NCBI GenBank assembly: GCA_002412545.1
Contig: DHVG01000002.1
Location: forward strand, 130,095 to 194,094
Direction of reading: 5' to 3'
DNA: 64,000 nucleotides
From: Elusimicrobia bacterium UBA5214
GTDB taxonomy: Bacteria; Elusimicrobiota; UBA5214
Shown: positions 30,226 through 39,108 of the stretch, piece by piece
Layout: every line of letters starts with the position of its first letter
Numbering within the stretch: position 1 is the first letter of the stretch
Notes under the pieces: generated by a model
What the model was told of the DNA's origin: nothing
What the model saw: the letters and a program-made list of their open reading frames with translations, nothing else
Database searches by the model: none
Position numbers and translations under genes: made by a program

Positions 30226-30564
30226 TTATGAGTATCTTTCTTCTTGTCCAGTATGCAATTCAGGAGAATAAAGCTCGTATGTTGATAAATGGTGTTCATA
30301 CCTCACTAATTTTTCTTTTTCCAGTTGATACAATATATAGTCAAGTTCGTCAGTCGGTATATCCGAGAATGCCTGGGCTATCTCCTCACGAGAAAACACT
30401 CTGGTTCCCGGTACTTTTTGTTGTTCTTTCCTCAGCCAATTGAGAACGCTTAGTTTTCTTTTTTCCTTTCTTCCTACAAACCATTTCCATAATAACTTGT
30501 AAAGTAGATTGATAATTTTTCCTTTCACTTTTCTATTTTTCCACTTTCGGATAAATGCCGTCAA
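30226..30564 (-). CDS. Small basic hypothetical protein (possible wHTH regulator) overlapping the R-M gene start
   Basis: Lys/Arg-rich N-terminus and C-terminal SREEIAQAFSDIPTDELDYILYQLEKEKLV. It overlaps the start of 30533-33658 by 32 nt. Confidence 0.3.
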   Translation of the reverse strand: MTAFIRKWKNRKVKGKIINLLYKLLWKWFVGRKEKRKLSVLNWLRKEQQKVPGTRVFSREEIAQAFSDIPTDELDYILYQLEKEKLVRYEHHLSTYELYSPELHTGQEERYS

Positions 30565-33500
30565 TTAGTTTCTGGACTTCAATTGTCTTTTGAAGAGCGG
30601 TGACAATCTTGCAATAAGGTTTTATGTCGTTAAGTGTAGTTCCTATCTTGTCCTTCAGCCATTTATCACAAACTTGATAACCTCCGATTTGGTATTTCCA
30701 GATTTCTGGTTTTATGCCTTCAAAATATTGTTCATTATTTATATAAACTCGTCCTTTTTCATATTTTACTTTTTCAATTTTGTAATTTCCTTTACCTTGA
30801 AATTTAGCAACCGGTGGGTCGAGTTCCGCTGATTTAAGTAAATGTAAGTCAACCAGCCTTTTTCCATATTCAGCCATTTTACTGAAAAGTTTGTAATCTT
30901 TCGTTAAAGGAATTCTCGGGAAATCCATCTTTAGAAACTCGGCGTATCTTGTTCGGTAGATATTTGAGTAAAGAATAGCATAAACATAAAAGAAGATTTG
31001 TTCCGGAGACGGTATTTTTTTAAACTCTTTGGTTAATTGTTCGACTATTTCCGGAGAGAGGTTCGGTTTTTTTGCTCCGTAATCTGCTTGTGGTTCAAAG
31101 AGCATTATAACACTGCCTAAAGACCGTTTTTTAGGATTATCCTTTTTTTCTTGATATAGGTAAAGAGGGAAAAGGTAATTTATATCAAGGGCAGTAATAG
31201 ATGTTGCACCTGCAACAACTTTATCTGTAACAAAGGCATATCTCCAATCTTCTACACTTCTTGACCGTCTAATGGTAATTAAACCTAAATTTTCTCCTGC
31301 CAGCATATGGTACATAATTTCTGGACGGGGCATACAATGAAAACCACGGGATTTGCCGGTGTAATAGGTATATCTTATATCAAAAGGTCGGTATAAAATT
31401 GGTACTATTTTCTTTTTGTCTAATCCACTTTCTTCTAAATCCTTCTGAGCCAGTTCAACTTTCCAATCTCTTGCGTCTTTACCAAGGCTGTAAGCCTGCC
31501 TTGCCAATTCCGGATCAAGTTTTGAAAAGTTTAAAATAGTTTGCCAAACTTCTTCCGGTTTCCATTTGATAGTCAAATTGTCCCTCGCCGTAACTATCCC
31601 TACACTGTTAGCAAGAAAGATGTCAGTTATCTTTGGATATGAGTAGTATAACTTGAAAAGTTTTCTTTCCGTTGGAATAAAACGATAAAAAAACTCCGAT
31701 TTTAGTGATATTTTTTGCCATTTAGTTGTTTTTATATCATTTTTCAAAAGCCAATCATACTTTTTTTCCTGCAATCCCCAAAGGTCTGAATGATGAACTT
31801 CGCACTCTCTCTTTTCATCTTTCTTTTTTATGAAAAGGGCAATCGCTACTCCCTGTCGAATATCAAAGACATTTCCATCTTTAGACCCGTCAGGACATTT
31901 CCCTTTTTCTTTCGTAATATTGCCATGCAAATCTAAAATATAAATTTCATTGAAACTATTCATCAGGGATTGTCGCATTCCTCTAAAAGTTGGATTATCC
32001 AGATAACTATGATTGGTAATAAATCCTAAAATTCCTTCACCTGCTTGGTCAATTTTCCACTGGGCAAAACGAATGAATTTTACATAATCATCTTGTAGCC
32101 ATTTAGGATTTTTTTCGCCAAGCGGTTTACCATCCACCTGATAGTAAACTTTAATTTCTTTTGAAATCCATTCACCTACATTATAGGAATGTCCCGAATA
32201 AGGCGGATTGCCAAAAATAACTAAAATTGGTGTTTCCTTTTTTACCTTGCCTGCCAAATGAGATTCCTCAGAAAGGGAAACCATACCCGGAAGTTCGGTC
32301 TGGGCGAGTTCTTCCATTTCCAAAGTATTGGTTAGATAGAGTTTAAACCGGTCGTCATCCTTGAGTTCGTAGCCGAGTTCTTCTAAGAGAAAAGACATTT
32401 TGAGGTGTCCTACTGCGTAAGGTGCCATCATCAATTCAAAAGCATAAAAATTTTTGAGGATATGTTCTCTGATAAGATTTTCTTTTCCACCTTCTCCATA
32501 TTTGTGAACAAATTCATTTACTACTAATTTAGATGCTTCTGCTAAAAAAGTAAGTGTTCCTGCCGCAGGGTCCAAAACGGTAACTAATTCGCTTGCAAAT
32601 CCATCCTTTCTATTAAAATGTTCCTTCAAAATACGATGCAAAGAACGAACGATATAAGATACGACGGGTTCTGGTGTGTAATATACGCCCCTCTTTTCTC
32701 TTGTTTGTGGGTCATATTCAGCCAAGAAGGTTTCATAAAAGTGGACAATTGGGTCTTTACCTTTGCCTTCATGAAAATATTTGTGAAGGATATTTTTTAC
32801 ATCAGTAACTGCTAATACTTCTGAAATATCATCAATAATCCATTCCATTTGTTGGGAAGGTTTACCCAGTGAAATAAAATGAAAAACATCCCTTAGAATA
32901 CCTATAGTTGGTGGAATCTTATCGTAGGCAAGTTTTCTATTAAACTCGTTTTCTGAACGAGTTCGGGCAGCAAAAAGTCCGTAGGTAATGGTTTGGGAAT
33001 AAAGGTCAGCAAAATCCTCTTTTGTAAGACCACTTATTAGATATTTTCTGAATGCTTCATAAAATCCTAAAATAAATCCTTTTCCTATTTCTTCTTCTTC
33101 TTTTAGTTCTTGGGCAACGACTTCGTCTCTAAGGAAACGTGTCCTATTTGCTAATTCAATTGCTAGTGTTTTAGCATCATAAACCTTTGGCAAAGAAAAA
33201 GAAAAGAATTTCTCAAGCAGTTTAACAAAATCCTGTTCTTTTTCAACAGGTGGCACTGTTTTAAGTTTATGAACAATAAAGGGTCTACCAATAAGAACTT
33301 TATCTATTAAAGTACCGTTGTGATAACGTCTGAATTCAAAAAAGTTAGTTAATATAAGATTGGGGAAGGTATGCCGATAGCGTTTTAACTGTTCCGTTTC
33401 TTCTGTCTGGTCTAAATCCTCGTTCTTTGGTTCCTTGGCTTCAATATACCCAACGATATGCTGACTTCCATCCCAGACCCTGAAGTCAGGATTACCGGCT

Positions 33501-33658
33501 TCAGTTTTCTTTGGTAGAGTGGTAATATGGATATTTTTTTTGCCGACCGATTCTATATATTCCTGTAGTAATCCTTCAAGGATTGAGTAGTAACTCTCTT
33601 CCCTTGCGTCTCCATGTTGGGCAACTCCAAAGATTTTTTCTAAATATGCTTTCAACAT
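30533..33658 (-). CDS. MmeI-like Type IIL/IIG restriction-modification enzyme: N-terminal PD-(D/E)xK nuclease, N6-adenine MTase and a C-terminal TRD
   Basis: DFRVWDGSQHIVGYIEAKEP is a D-x13-EAK nuclease motif at the N-terminus. MTase motif I is VLDPAAGTLTFL and motif IV is IFGNPPYSG (NPPY). Total length is 1041 aa. Confidence 0.75.
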   Translation of the reverse strand: MLKAYLEKIFGVAQHGDAREESYYSILEGLLQEYIESVGKKNIHITTLPKKTEAGNPDFRVWDGSQHIVGYIEAKEPKNEDLDQTEETEQLKRYRHTFPNLILTNFFEFRRYHNGTLIDKVLIGRPFIVHKLKTVPPVEKEQDFVKLLEKFFSFSLPKVYDAKTLAIELANRTRFLRDEVVAQELKEEEEIGKGFILGFYEAFRKYLISGLTKEDFADLYSQTITYGLFAARTRSENEFNRKLAYDKIPPTIGILRDVFHFISLGKPSQQMEWIIDDISEVLAVTDVKNILHKYFHEGKGKDPIVHFYETFLAEYDPQTREKRGVYYTPEPVVSYIVRSLHRILKEHFNRKDGFASELVTVLDPAAGTLTFLAEASKLVVNEFVHKYGEGGKENLIREHILKNFYAFELMMAPYAVGHLKMSFLLEELGYELKDDDRFKLYLTNTLEMEELAQTELPGMVSLSEESHLAGKVKKETPILVIFGNPPYSGHSYNVGEWISKEIKVYYQVDGKPLGEKNPKWLQDDYVKFIRFAQWKIDQAGEGILGFITNHSYLDNPTFRGMRQSLMNSFNEIYILDLHGNITKEKGKCPDGSKDGNVFDIRQGVAIALFIKKKDEKRECEVHHSDLWGLQEKKYDWLLKNDIKTTKWQKISLKSEFFYRFIPTERKLFKLYYSYPKITDIFLANSVGIVTARDNLTIKWKPEEVWQTILNFSKLDPELARQAYSLGKDARDWKVELAQKDLEESGLDKKKIVPILYRPFDIRYTYYTGKSRGFHCMPRPEIMYHMLAGENLGLITIRRSRSVEDWRYAFVTDKVVAGATSITALDINYLFPLYLYQEKKDNPKKRSLGSVIMLFEPQADYGAKKPNLSPEIVEQLTKEFKKIPSPEQIFFYVYAILYSNIYRTRYAEFLKMDFPRIPLTKDYKLFSKMAEYGKRLVDLHLLKSAELDPPVAKFQGKGNYKIEKVKYEKGRVYINNEQYFEGIKPEIWKYQIGGYQVCDKWLKDKIGTTLNDIKPYCKIVTALQKTIEVQKLIDGIYPKVEK

Positions 33659-33668
33659 TTTATTCTTT

Positions 33669-34664
33669 TCAATGTTTAGTTTTCTTTTTTTCCCTCTCTC
33701 TTAAACACATCTCAGCAGCGAGTTTAACTGCGGAGAACATCGGGCGTGCGTCAGCGAGATTTTTACCGGCAATGTCAAAAGCAGTGCCGTGTCCGGGTGA
33801 AGTGCGAATGAAGGGCAAACCAAGGGTAACATTGACTAAAGAATAAGGGTCAAGCAGTTTTAGAGGTATCATTGCCTGGTCGTGATACATTACAATAATT
33901 AAATCATATTTTTTCCACCACTGGAAAACCGTATCTGCCGGTAAAGGACCTGTAACTTGCAACTTGTAACCTGTAACTTGTTTGATTGCCGGGATGATTA
34001 TCTCTTTTTCTTCCTTACCGAGAACTCCGCCTTCGCCGCGGTGCGGATTTAAGGCACAAACCGCAATTCTTAGTTTAGCAATAGAGAAATATTTTTCTAA
34101 TGCTTTGGCTCCAAGTTTAATTGCCAAAATAATTTTTTCTTTAGTTAAACTATTAGCGACATCTTTTAAAGGTAAATGCCGGGTAACCATTGCTACTTTA
34201 AGTTTTTTGTTCACCATCAGCATAAGCAAATTCTTTTTCCCGGTTAATTCAGCAAGGATTTCGGTATGTCCGGAATAATTCAATCCGGCACGGTTTAATG
34301 CTTCTTTAGATATCGGTGCAGTAACCAAACCGTCCACCTGTCCATTCTGCACCAATTCTACTGCTTTTTTGATATATTCATAACTTAATTGTCCATACTC
34401 AGAGTTAGTCATACCGAAGTTTAGTTTCCTAATCTTGCCGATATTGATTAATTCAAATTCTCTATTGGAAACGACTGGAGGGTATTTTTTAAGATAAAAG
34501 TCTAAAACTGATTTTGTACCGATAACTACCGGTTGGCAAATTTGGTAAACTTCTTTCTTGGCAAGTGTTTTGATGACTATTTCCGGACCGATACCTGCAG
34601 GGTCACCGATTGTGATTGCAAGAGACGGCTTTTTACTCAATTTCGCTAATTTTGATTGTAGCAT
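33669..34664 (-). CDS. pdxA: 4-hydroxythreonine-4-phosphate dehydrogenase
   Basis: ITIGDPAGIGPEIV, HTE, NPHRGEGG and SPGHGTAFDIAGK are PdxA signatures. It contains an in-frame repeat (33949-33980). Confidence 0.85.
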   Translation of the reverse strand: MLQSKLAKLSKKPSLAITIGDPAGIGPEIVIKTLAKKEVYQICQPVVIGTKSVLDFYLKKYPPVVSNREFELINIGKIRKLNFGMTNSEYGQLSYEYIKKAVELVQNGQVDGLVTAPISKEALNRAGLNYSGHTEILAELTGKKNLLMLMVNKKLKVAMVTRHLPLKDVANSLTKEKIILAIKLGAKALEKYFSIAKLRIAVCALNPHRGEGGVLGKEEKEIIIPAIKQVTGYKLQVTGPLPADTVFQWWKKYDLIIVMYHDQAMIPLKLLDPYSLVNVTLGLPFIRTSPGHGTAFDIAGKNLADARPMFSAVKLAAEMCLREREKKKTKH

Positions 34665-35703
34665 TACTCCTTAATTGTTTTAAGAAATCCTGATATATTT
34701 TTTCTGCTTTACTCCGATAGAGATACTCTTGTAACTCTTCCTTCACTTCGCTATAAGTGAGTTTACTTTTTGCTTTTTTCTCTTCACATTTGATTAAATG
34801 ATAACCAAAATCAGTCTCCACAATATCGCTTACTTCGCCCACCGGTAAGGAAAAGGCAACTTTTTCAAATTCGGGAACCATATCGCCGTGGACAAAAAAA
34901 CCGAGGTCGCCGCCTTGTTCTTTACTTCCCGGGTCTTCAGAATATTTTCGTGCTAATTCACTGAAATCTTCACCGTTTTTAATCTTTTGTTGGATTTCTT
35001 TGATTTTGTTCAGTGCAGTTGTCTTATCCTGCATACTGGCATTTTTTTCTACCCGAATAAGAATATGTCTCACTCGGACACGTTCAGCAGTGCGCCGCTG
35101 AAAGAATTTGGCTAAACTGGCAATTTCATTTTCTTCTTCAGCGGATAGATTTGGGTCTTGTTTCCCGTCAATTTGGTCAACAATTTTATCGTACAATTTT
35201 GTAGTTTCTTCTTCTTTGGGTACCCCCACTTTCGCTTTTATTTCTAAATCAATAAGTTTAATCACCATCAATTGGTCCTGGATTCTTTTTTCAAAATCAG
35301 TTTCAGTTAAAGATTGTTTTTTTAATTCGGTTTGGAAATCTTCCGGGTTAGGGAAACGTTTTTTTACTTCGTTGACCCCATCCTCAATCTCTCTTTTGGC
35401 AACCACAATTTTGCGTTTCTTTGTCTCCTGAAGTAAGATTTTTTCGTCAATCATCTGATTGAGGACATCTTTTTTTAACTGACGGATTTTTTCCGTAGTT
35501 TGTTCACTTGCCGGGGTTAAAAGTTTATATTGTTCAACTAATGGCTGGACATTTTTTTCTAACTCGGAGAGAAGGATTGCCTCACCATTAACCATAGCGA
35601 TAGTTTTATTTACCACCGTTTTCTCTTGAGCAAGGACTGACTGAGTCAGTAACCAATAACCGATAACCAGTAACCAATAACCGAATTTCAAGGATTTCTT
35701 CAT
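34633..35703 (-). CDS. SurA/PrsA-like periplasmic chaperone with a parvulin PPIase domain
   Basis: Signal peptide and a parvulin block VRHILI...GGDLGFF..G.M...F...AF.L..GEVS..V.T.FGYHLIK. The signal peptide itself is encoded by the tandem repeat LVIGYWLLVIGYWLL. Confidence 0.7.
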   Translation of the reverse strand: MKKSLKFGYWLLVIGYWLLTQSVLAQEKTVVNKTIAMVNGEAILLSELEKNVQPLVEQYKLLTPASEQTTEKIRQLKKDVLNQMIDEKILLQETKKRKIVVAKREIEDGVNEVKKRFPNPEDFQTELKKQSLTETDFEKRIQDQLMVIKLIDLEIKAKVGVPKEEETTKLYDKIVDQIDGKQDPNLSAEEENEIASLAKFFQRRTAERVRVRHILIRVEKNASMQDKTTALNKIKEIQQKIKNGEDFSELARKYSEDPGSKEQGGDLGFFVHGDMVPEFEKVAFSLPVGEVSDIVETDFGYHLIKCEEKKAKSKLTYSEVKEELQEYLYRSKAEKIYQDFLKQLRSNATIKISEIE

Positions 35704-35729
35704 ATTTCCTTTCCTCTTTTCATAATTAT

Positions 35730-38700
35730 TTAAATTTTACTATTTTCAAGAAGATTTAGCAAGTATTTTGTTAAAAAAAATATTGTTCTTTCCTGGGGGA
35801 AATTATGCAGGTTTAAATGTAGGAATTTTTCTTGGAGGAAAAAAACTTTCCCGCGATAATTTTCGGTAAATCTTTTTATTTTCTCTCGGTCAATATTCGC
35901 TTCAGGAAAGAAACTTATTTCCAATCCGCCACGGAGGGATTTTTTACTTTTGATTTCTTTAATCATCAGTTTCTTTGCTAAAATGCGTAACTCGGCTAAA
36001 GAGAAAAGGTTTTCGGTTGGTTCGGGTATTTTACCGAAACGGTCAAGGAGTTCATCTTTCATCTCTTTTAATTCTTTCGTTGAAGACACCGAAAGAATGC
36101 GTTTATAAAAGATAATTCTTATTGAAGAAACCGGGATATAGTTTTCCGGTAAATGCGCTTCCAGAGGAAAATCAAATAGCGGTTCTTTTTCTTTCGATAC
36201 AGTTTCGCCTCTAAGTTTTTTGACTTCTTCTTCTAAGAGGCGGCAGTAAAGGTCATAACCGAGTTCACCAATGAAACCGTGCTGTTGCGGACCGAGGACA
36301 TTCCCAGCACCACGGATTTCTAAATCTCTTAAAGCAAGACGCATTCCCGAACCTAAAGAAGTAAATTCGGTTAACGCCTGCAGCCGTTTTAACGCACTTT
36401 CGGTAAGTTGCGTGTCACGATTATAAAAAAGGTAACAATATGCCTTCTGGTCGCCTCTACCGATGCGTCCGCGTAGTTGATAAAGTTGAGCTAAACCAAA
36501 TTCTTCCGCATTTTCTACAATTAAAGTATTAACCCGGGGCAAGTCCAAACCGGACTCAATGATACTTGTAGAAACAAGTACCGCATATTCACCGGTCAAA
36601 AATTTATGCATTGTTTTTTCCAGTTCCCGGGCGGACATTTGCCCATGGGCTAAACCAAATTTTATCTCCGGGAGAAAATTCTTCAGCCGGTTGATTACGG
36701 TTAGAATCGTCTCAATCCGGTTATGGACATAAAATACCTGTCCCCCACGGTTAAGTTCCGAAAGAACCGCCTTCTTAATTATTCCATCATTGTGAATAGA
36801 GATGCAGGTTTCAATTGGTAACCGTCCTTCCGGTGGTGTTTCAATTACCGAAACTTCACGGAGTCCACTTAAAGTCATAGATAATGTCCGGGGTATCGGT
36901 GTTGCGGAAAGAGTAAGTGTATCTACAGAAAAACGCAATTTTTTTAATTTTTCTTTTGCACCTACACCAAAACGATGTTCTTCGTCAATCACTACTAAAC
37001 CTAAATCCTTAAATCCAATATCTTTCTGCAAGAGACGATGTGTGCCGATAATGATATCAATTAACCCATTTTTTAAATCGGAAAGAATTTTTTCTTGTTC
37101 TCTTTTTGTCCGGAAACGGGAAAGCATTTCAATATTTACCGGGTATTCTTTGAACCGTTCAGTAAAAGTGCGGTAATGTTGTTCAGCAAGAATTGTTGTC
37201 GGGACGAGCAGGGCTACCTGTTTACCAGCAAGAGCAACTTTTAATCCTGCACGCATCGCTACTTCAGTTTTACCATAACCGACATCACCAATCACTACCC
37301 GGTCCATCGGTTTGGAAGAGATTAAATCAGTTTTCACTTCTTCAATTGCTTTTGCCTGGTCAGGTGTTTCTTCGTAAGGGAAACTGGCCGCAAATTCTTT
37401 TTCAATATAGGAGTCGGGAGGGAAAGAATAAGCGGGTAAAATTTGACGCTGGGCATAAACCTGGAGAAGTTCACGAGCAAAATTATAGAGTGATTCTTTT
37501 ATTTTTTGTTTAAGTCGTTCCCAGGAAATACCATCAAGGGAATAAATTCTTGGACGATGTCCTTGCGGACCGATATATTTCTGGACTAAACGGAAATCAG
37601 TAATTGGCACATAAAGTTTGTCACCGCCTTTATATTCAAGAGAAAGGAAGTCAGCATATTTATTCTCAATGAGGAGATGTCTTAATCCACGGTAGATACC
37701 GATACCATACTGCTCATGAACGATGTAGTCACTGGGTTGGATTTCACTCAGATGTTCAAGGATGCCTCCACTGCGGAATTTTGGTAAACGGTAATGAATT
37801 TTATAGCGGGCAAAAATATCGTTACCGGTAATAATAACTAATTTCATTTCGGGCAAAAGAAAACCATTTACTAAAGGACCAATAAAAATGGGTAAACTTA
37901 TTTCCGGTTTTTTTTCTTCTAAAAGGGCAGACAACCTTTCTTCTTCCTGTCGGTTTTGTGCATAAAGATAAATTTTATATTTTTCTTTAATCCAAGTTTC
38001 CAGTTCTTCTAAAAAAAGAGTAAATTTACCGTTAAAACTTGGTAAATCTTGTGCGCCAAAATTAAACGTTTCGTGAGCAGGCAAAAGAACATTTTCTACT
38101 TGCTTAAAATCGGAAAATTCATTTGACTTCACTGTTTCTTTTACATCAATATCCCAGAAAATTAAGGTATTTTTGGGAAAATACTCGGCAAACCCTGAAC
38201 CATTACGGTTCAGGGCAAGTGGAGTTTGTTTTTCTATGGAAGCAGGAATAATTTTTGCTTCTTGAATATTTTCTTTTGAACGCTGGGTAGTGACATCAAA
38301 AAGACGTATTTCTTCAATTTTATTTTCAAAAAAAATAATCCGCAAGGGTAAAACAAAATTTGCTGCCCAGAGGTCAACAATTTCGCCGCGGACACTATAT
38401 TCACCGCTTTGTTCAACGAAATCTATCCGTTCATATCCGGCAGAAGTTAAATAATTGACGAATTCATCACGACTGATTTCTTCTTCAAGTTTAATTTCCC
38501 GACAAAATTTGATGAATTTATCTTTTTTCGGGATAGTTTTTCCCAGAATTTGAGCAGAAGTAACCAGAATTGAGACCTTATTTTCTAAAATTTCATTCAG
38601 ACCGGCAATCTGTGCCTGATGGACTTTTTCGGGATATAAATATATCTTTTTAGTTAACTTAAAAAATATTTTTAATGCTTCCAAATCGTCAGTAAGTTCT

Positions 38701-38873
38701 TCACTTTCTTCCTCAGTTTTTGTTACGGCAACTATCGGACAATCAAGTCTTTCGGCTAAACCAAGCAGAAAAAATGCTTTACTCCCACCGGCAAGTCCGC
38801 TTACCTGCAGATGTCGCCGGGTAGTGATTTTTCTAATTAGAACCTCAAAAATAGGTAATTCCATTTTTATCAT
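35730..38873 (-). CDS. mfd: Transcription-repair coupling factor
   Basis: UvrB-homology N-domain, helicase motifs (GDVGYGKTEVA, DEEHRFGV, TLSATPIPRTL, QLRGRIGR) and a C-terminal TRCF domain. Length 1047 aa. Confidence 0.92.
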   Translation of the reverse strand: MIKMELPIFEVLIRKITTRRHLQVSGLAGGSKAFFLLGLAERLDCPIVAVTKTEEESEELTDDLEALKIFFKLTKKIYLYPEKVHQAQIAGLNEILENKVSILVTSAQILGKTIPKKDKFIKFCREIKLEEEISRDEFVNYLTSAGYERIDFVEQSGEYSVRGEIVDLWAANFVLPLRIIFFENKIEEIRLFDVTTQRSKENIQEAKIIPASIEKQTPLALNRNGSGFAEYFPKNTLIFWDIDVKETVKSNEFSDFKQVENVLLPAHETFNFGAQDLPSFNGKFTLFLEELETWIKEKYKIYLYAQNRQEEERLSALLEEKKPEISLPIFIGPLVNGFLLPEMKLVIITGNDIFARYKIHYRLPKFRSGGILEHLSEIQPSDYIVHEQYGIGIYRGLRHLLIENKYADFLSLEYKGGDKLYVPITDFRLVQKYIGPQGHRPRIYSLDGISWERLKQKIKESLYNFARELLQVYAQRQILPAYSFPPDSYIEKEFAASFPYEETPDQAKAIEEVKTDLISSKPMDRVVIGDVGYGKTEVAMRAGLKVALAGKQVALLVPTTILAEQHYRTFTERFKEYPVNIEMLSRFRTKREQEKILSDLKNGLIDIIIGTHRLLQKDIGFKDLGLVVIDEEHRFGVGAKEKLKKLRFSVDTLTLSATPIPRTLSMTLSGLREVSVIETPPEGRLPIETCISIHNDGIIKKAVLSELNRGGQVFYVHNRIETILTVINRLKNFLPEIKFGLAHGQMSARELEKTMHKFLTGEYAVLVSTSIIESGLDLPRVNTLIVENAEEFGLAQLYQLRGRIGRGDQKAYCYLFYNRDTQLTESALKRLQALTEFTSLGSGMRLALRDLEIRGAGNVLGPQQHGFIGELGYDLYCRLLEEEVKKLRGETVSKEKEPLFDFPLEAHLPENYIPVSSIRIIFYKRILSVSSTKELKEMKDELLDRFGKIPEPTENLFSLAELRILAKKLMIKEIKSKKSLRGGLEISFFPEANIDREKIKRFTENYRGKVFFLQEKFLHLNLHNFPQERTIFFLTKYLLNLLENSKI

Positions 38874-39036
38874 TGTTTCCTATAAAAACAAGTATAGTAA
38901 AACAATGACTATTTTAGCAAATTTTATTCTCCTTCGCCCCGATAGGTCATGGTCTACCGAGAATACCCCCCCGATGTAACATTGGGACAGAAATGAAGGC
39001 GAGGAGAAGGAGAATTCCGCTCTGATACCCCGCCCC

Positions 39037-39068
39037 TTAGGGCGGGGAGCTTCATTTTTTGGAGTTGT
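39037..39068 (+). terminator. Plus-oriented intrinsic-terminator-like hairpin in the mfd-pilB intergenic region
   Basis: ccccgccc-ctta-gggcgggg followed by agcttcatttttt. The flanking genes are on the minus strand. Confidence 0.4.
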
Positions 39069-39108
39069 TGTCTGATTTTTTAAAGGGGGAAACAAGAAGC
39101 AAGAAGGG

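Noticed and set aside
39037-39068. Plus-strand terminator implying a plus-strand gene between mfd and pilB
   Set aside because: There is no plus-strand ORF of meaningful length with an RBS. The hairpin could terminate an sRNA or be part of the GC-rich palindromic element at 38920-39015. It is kept as a low-confidence feature only.
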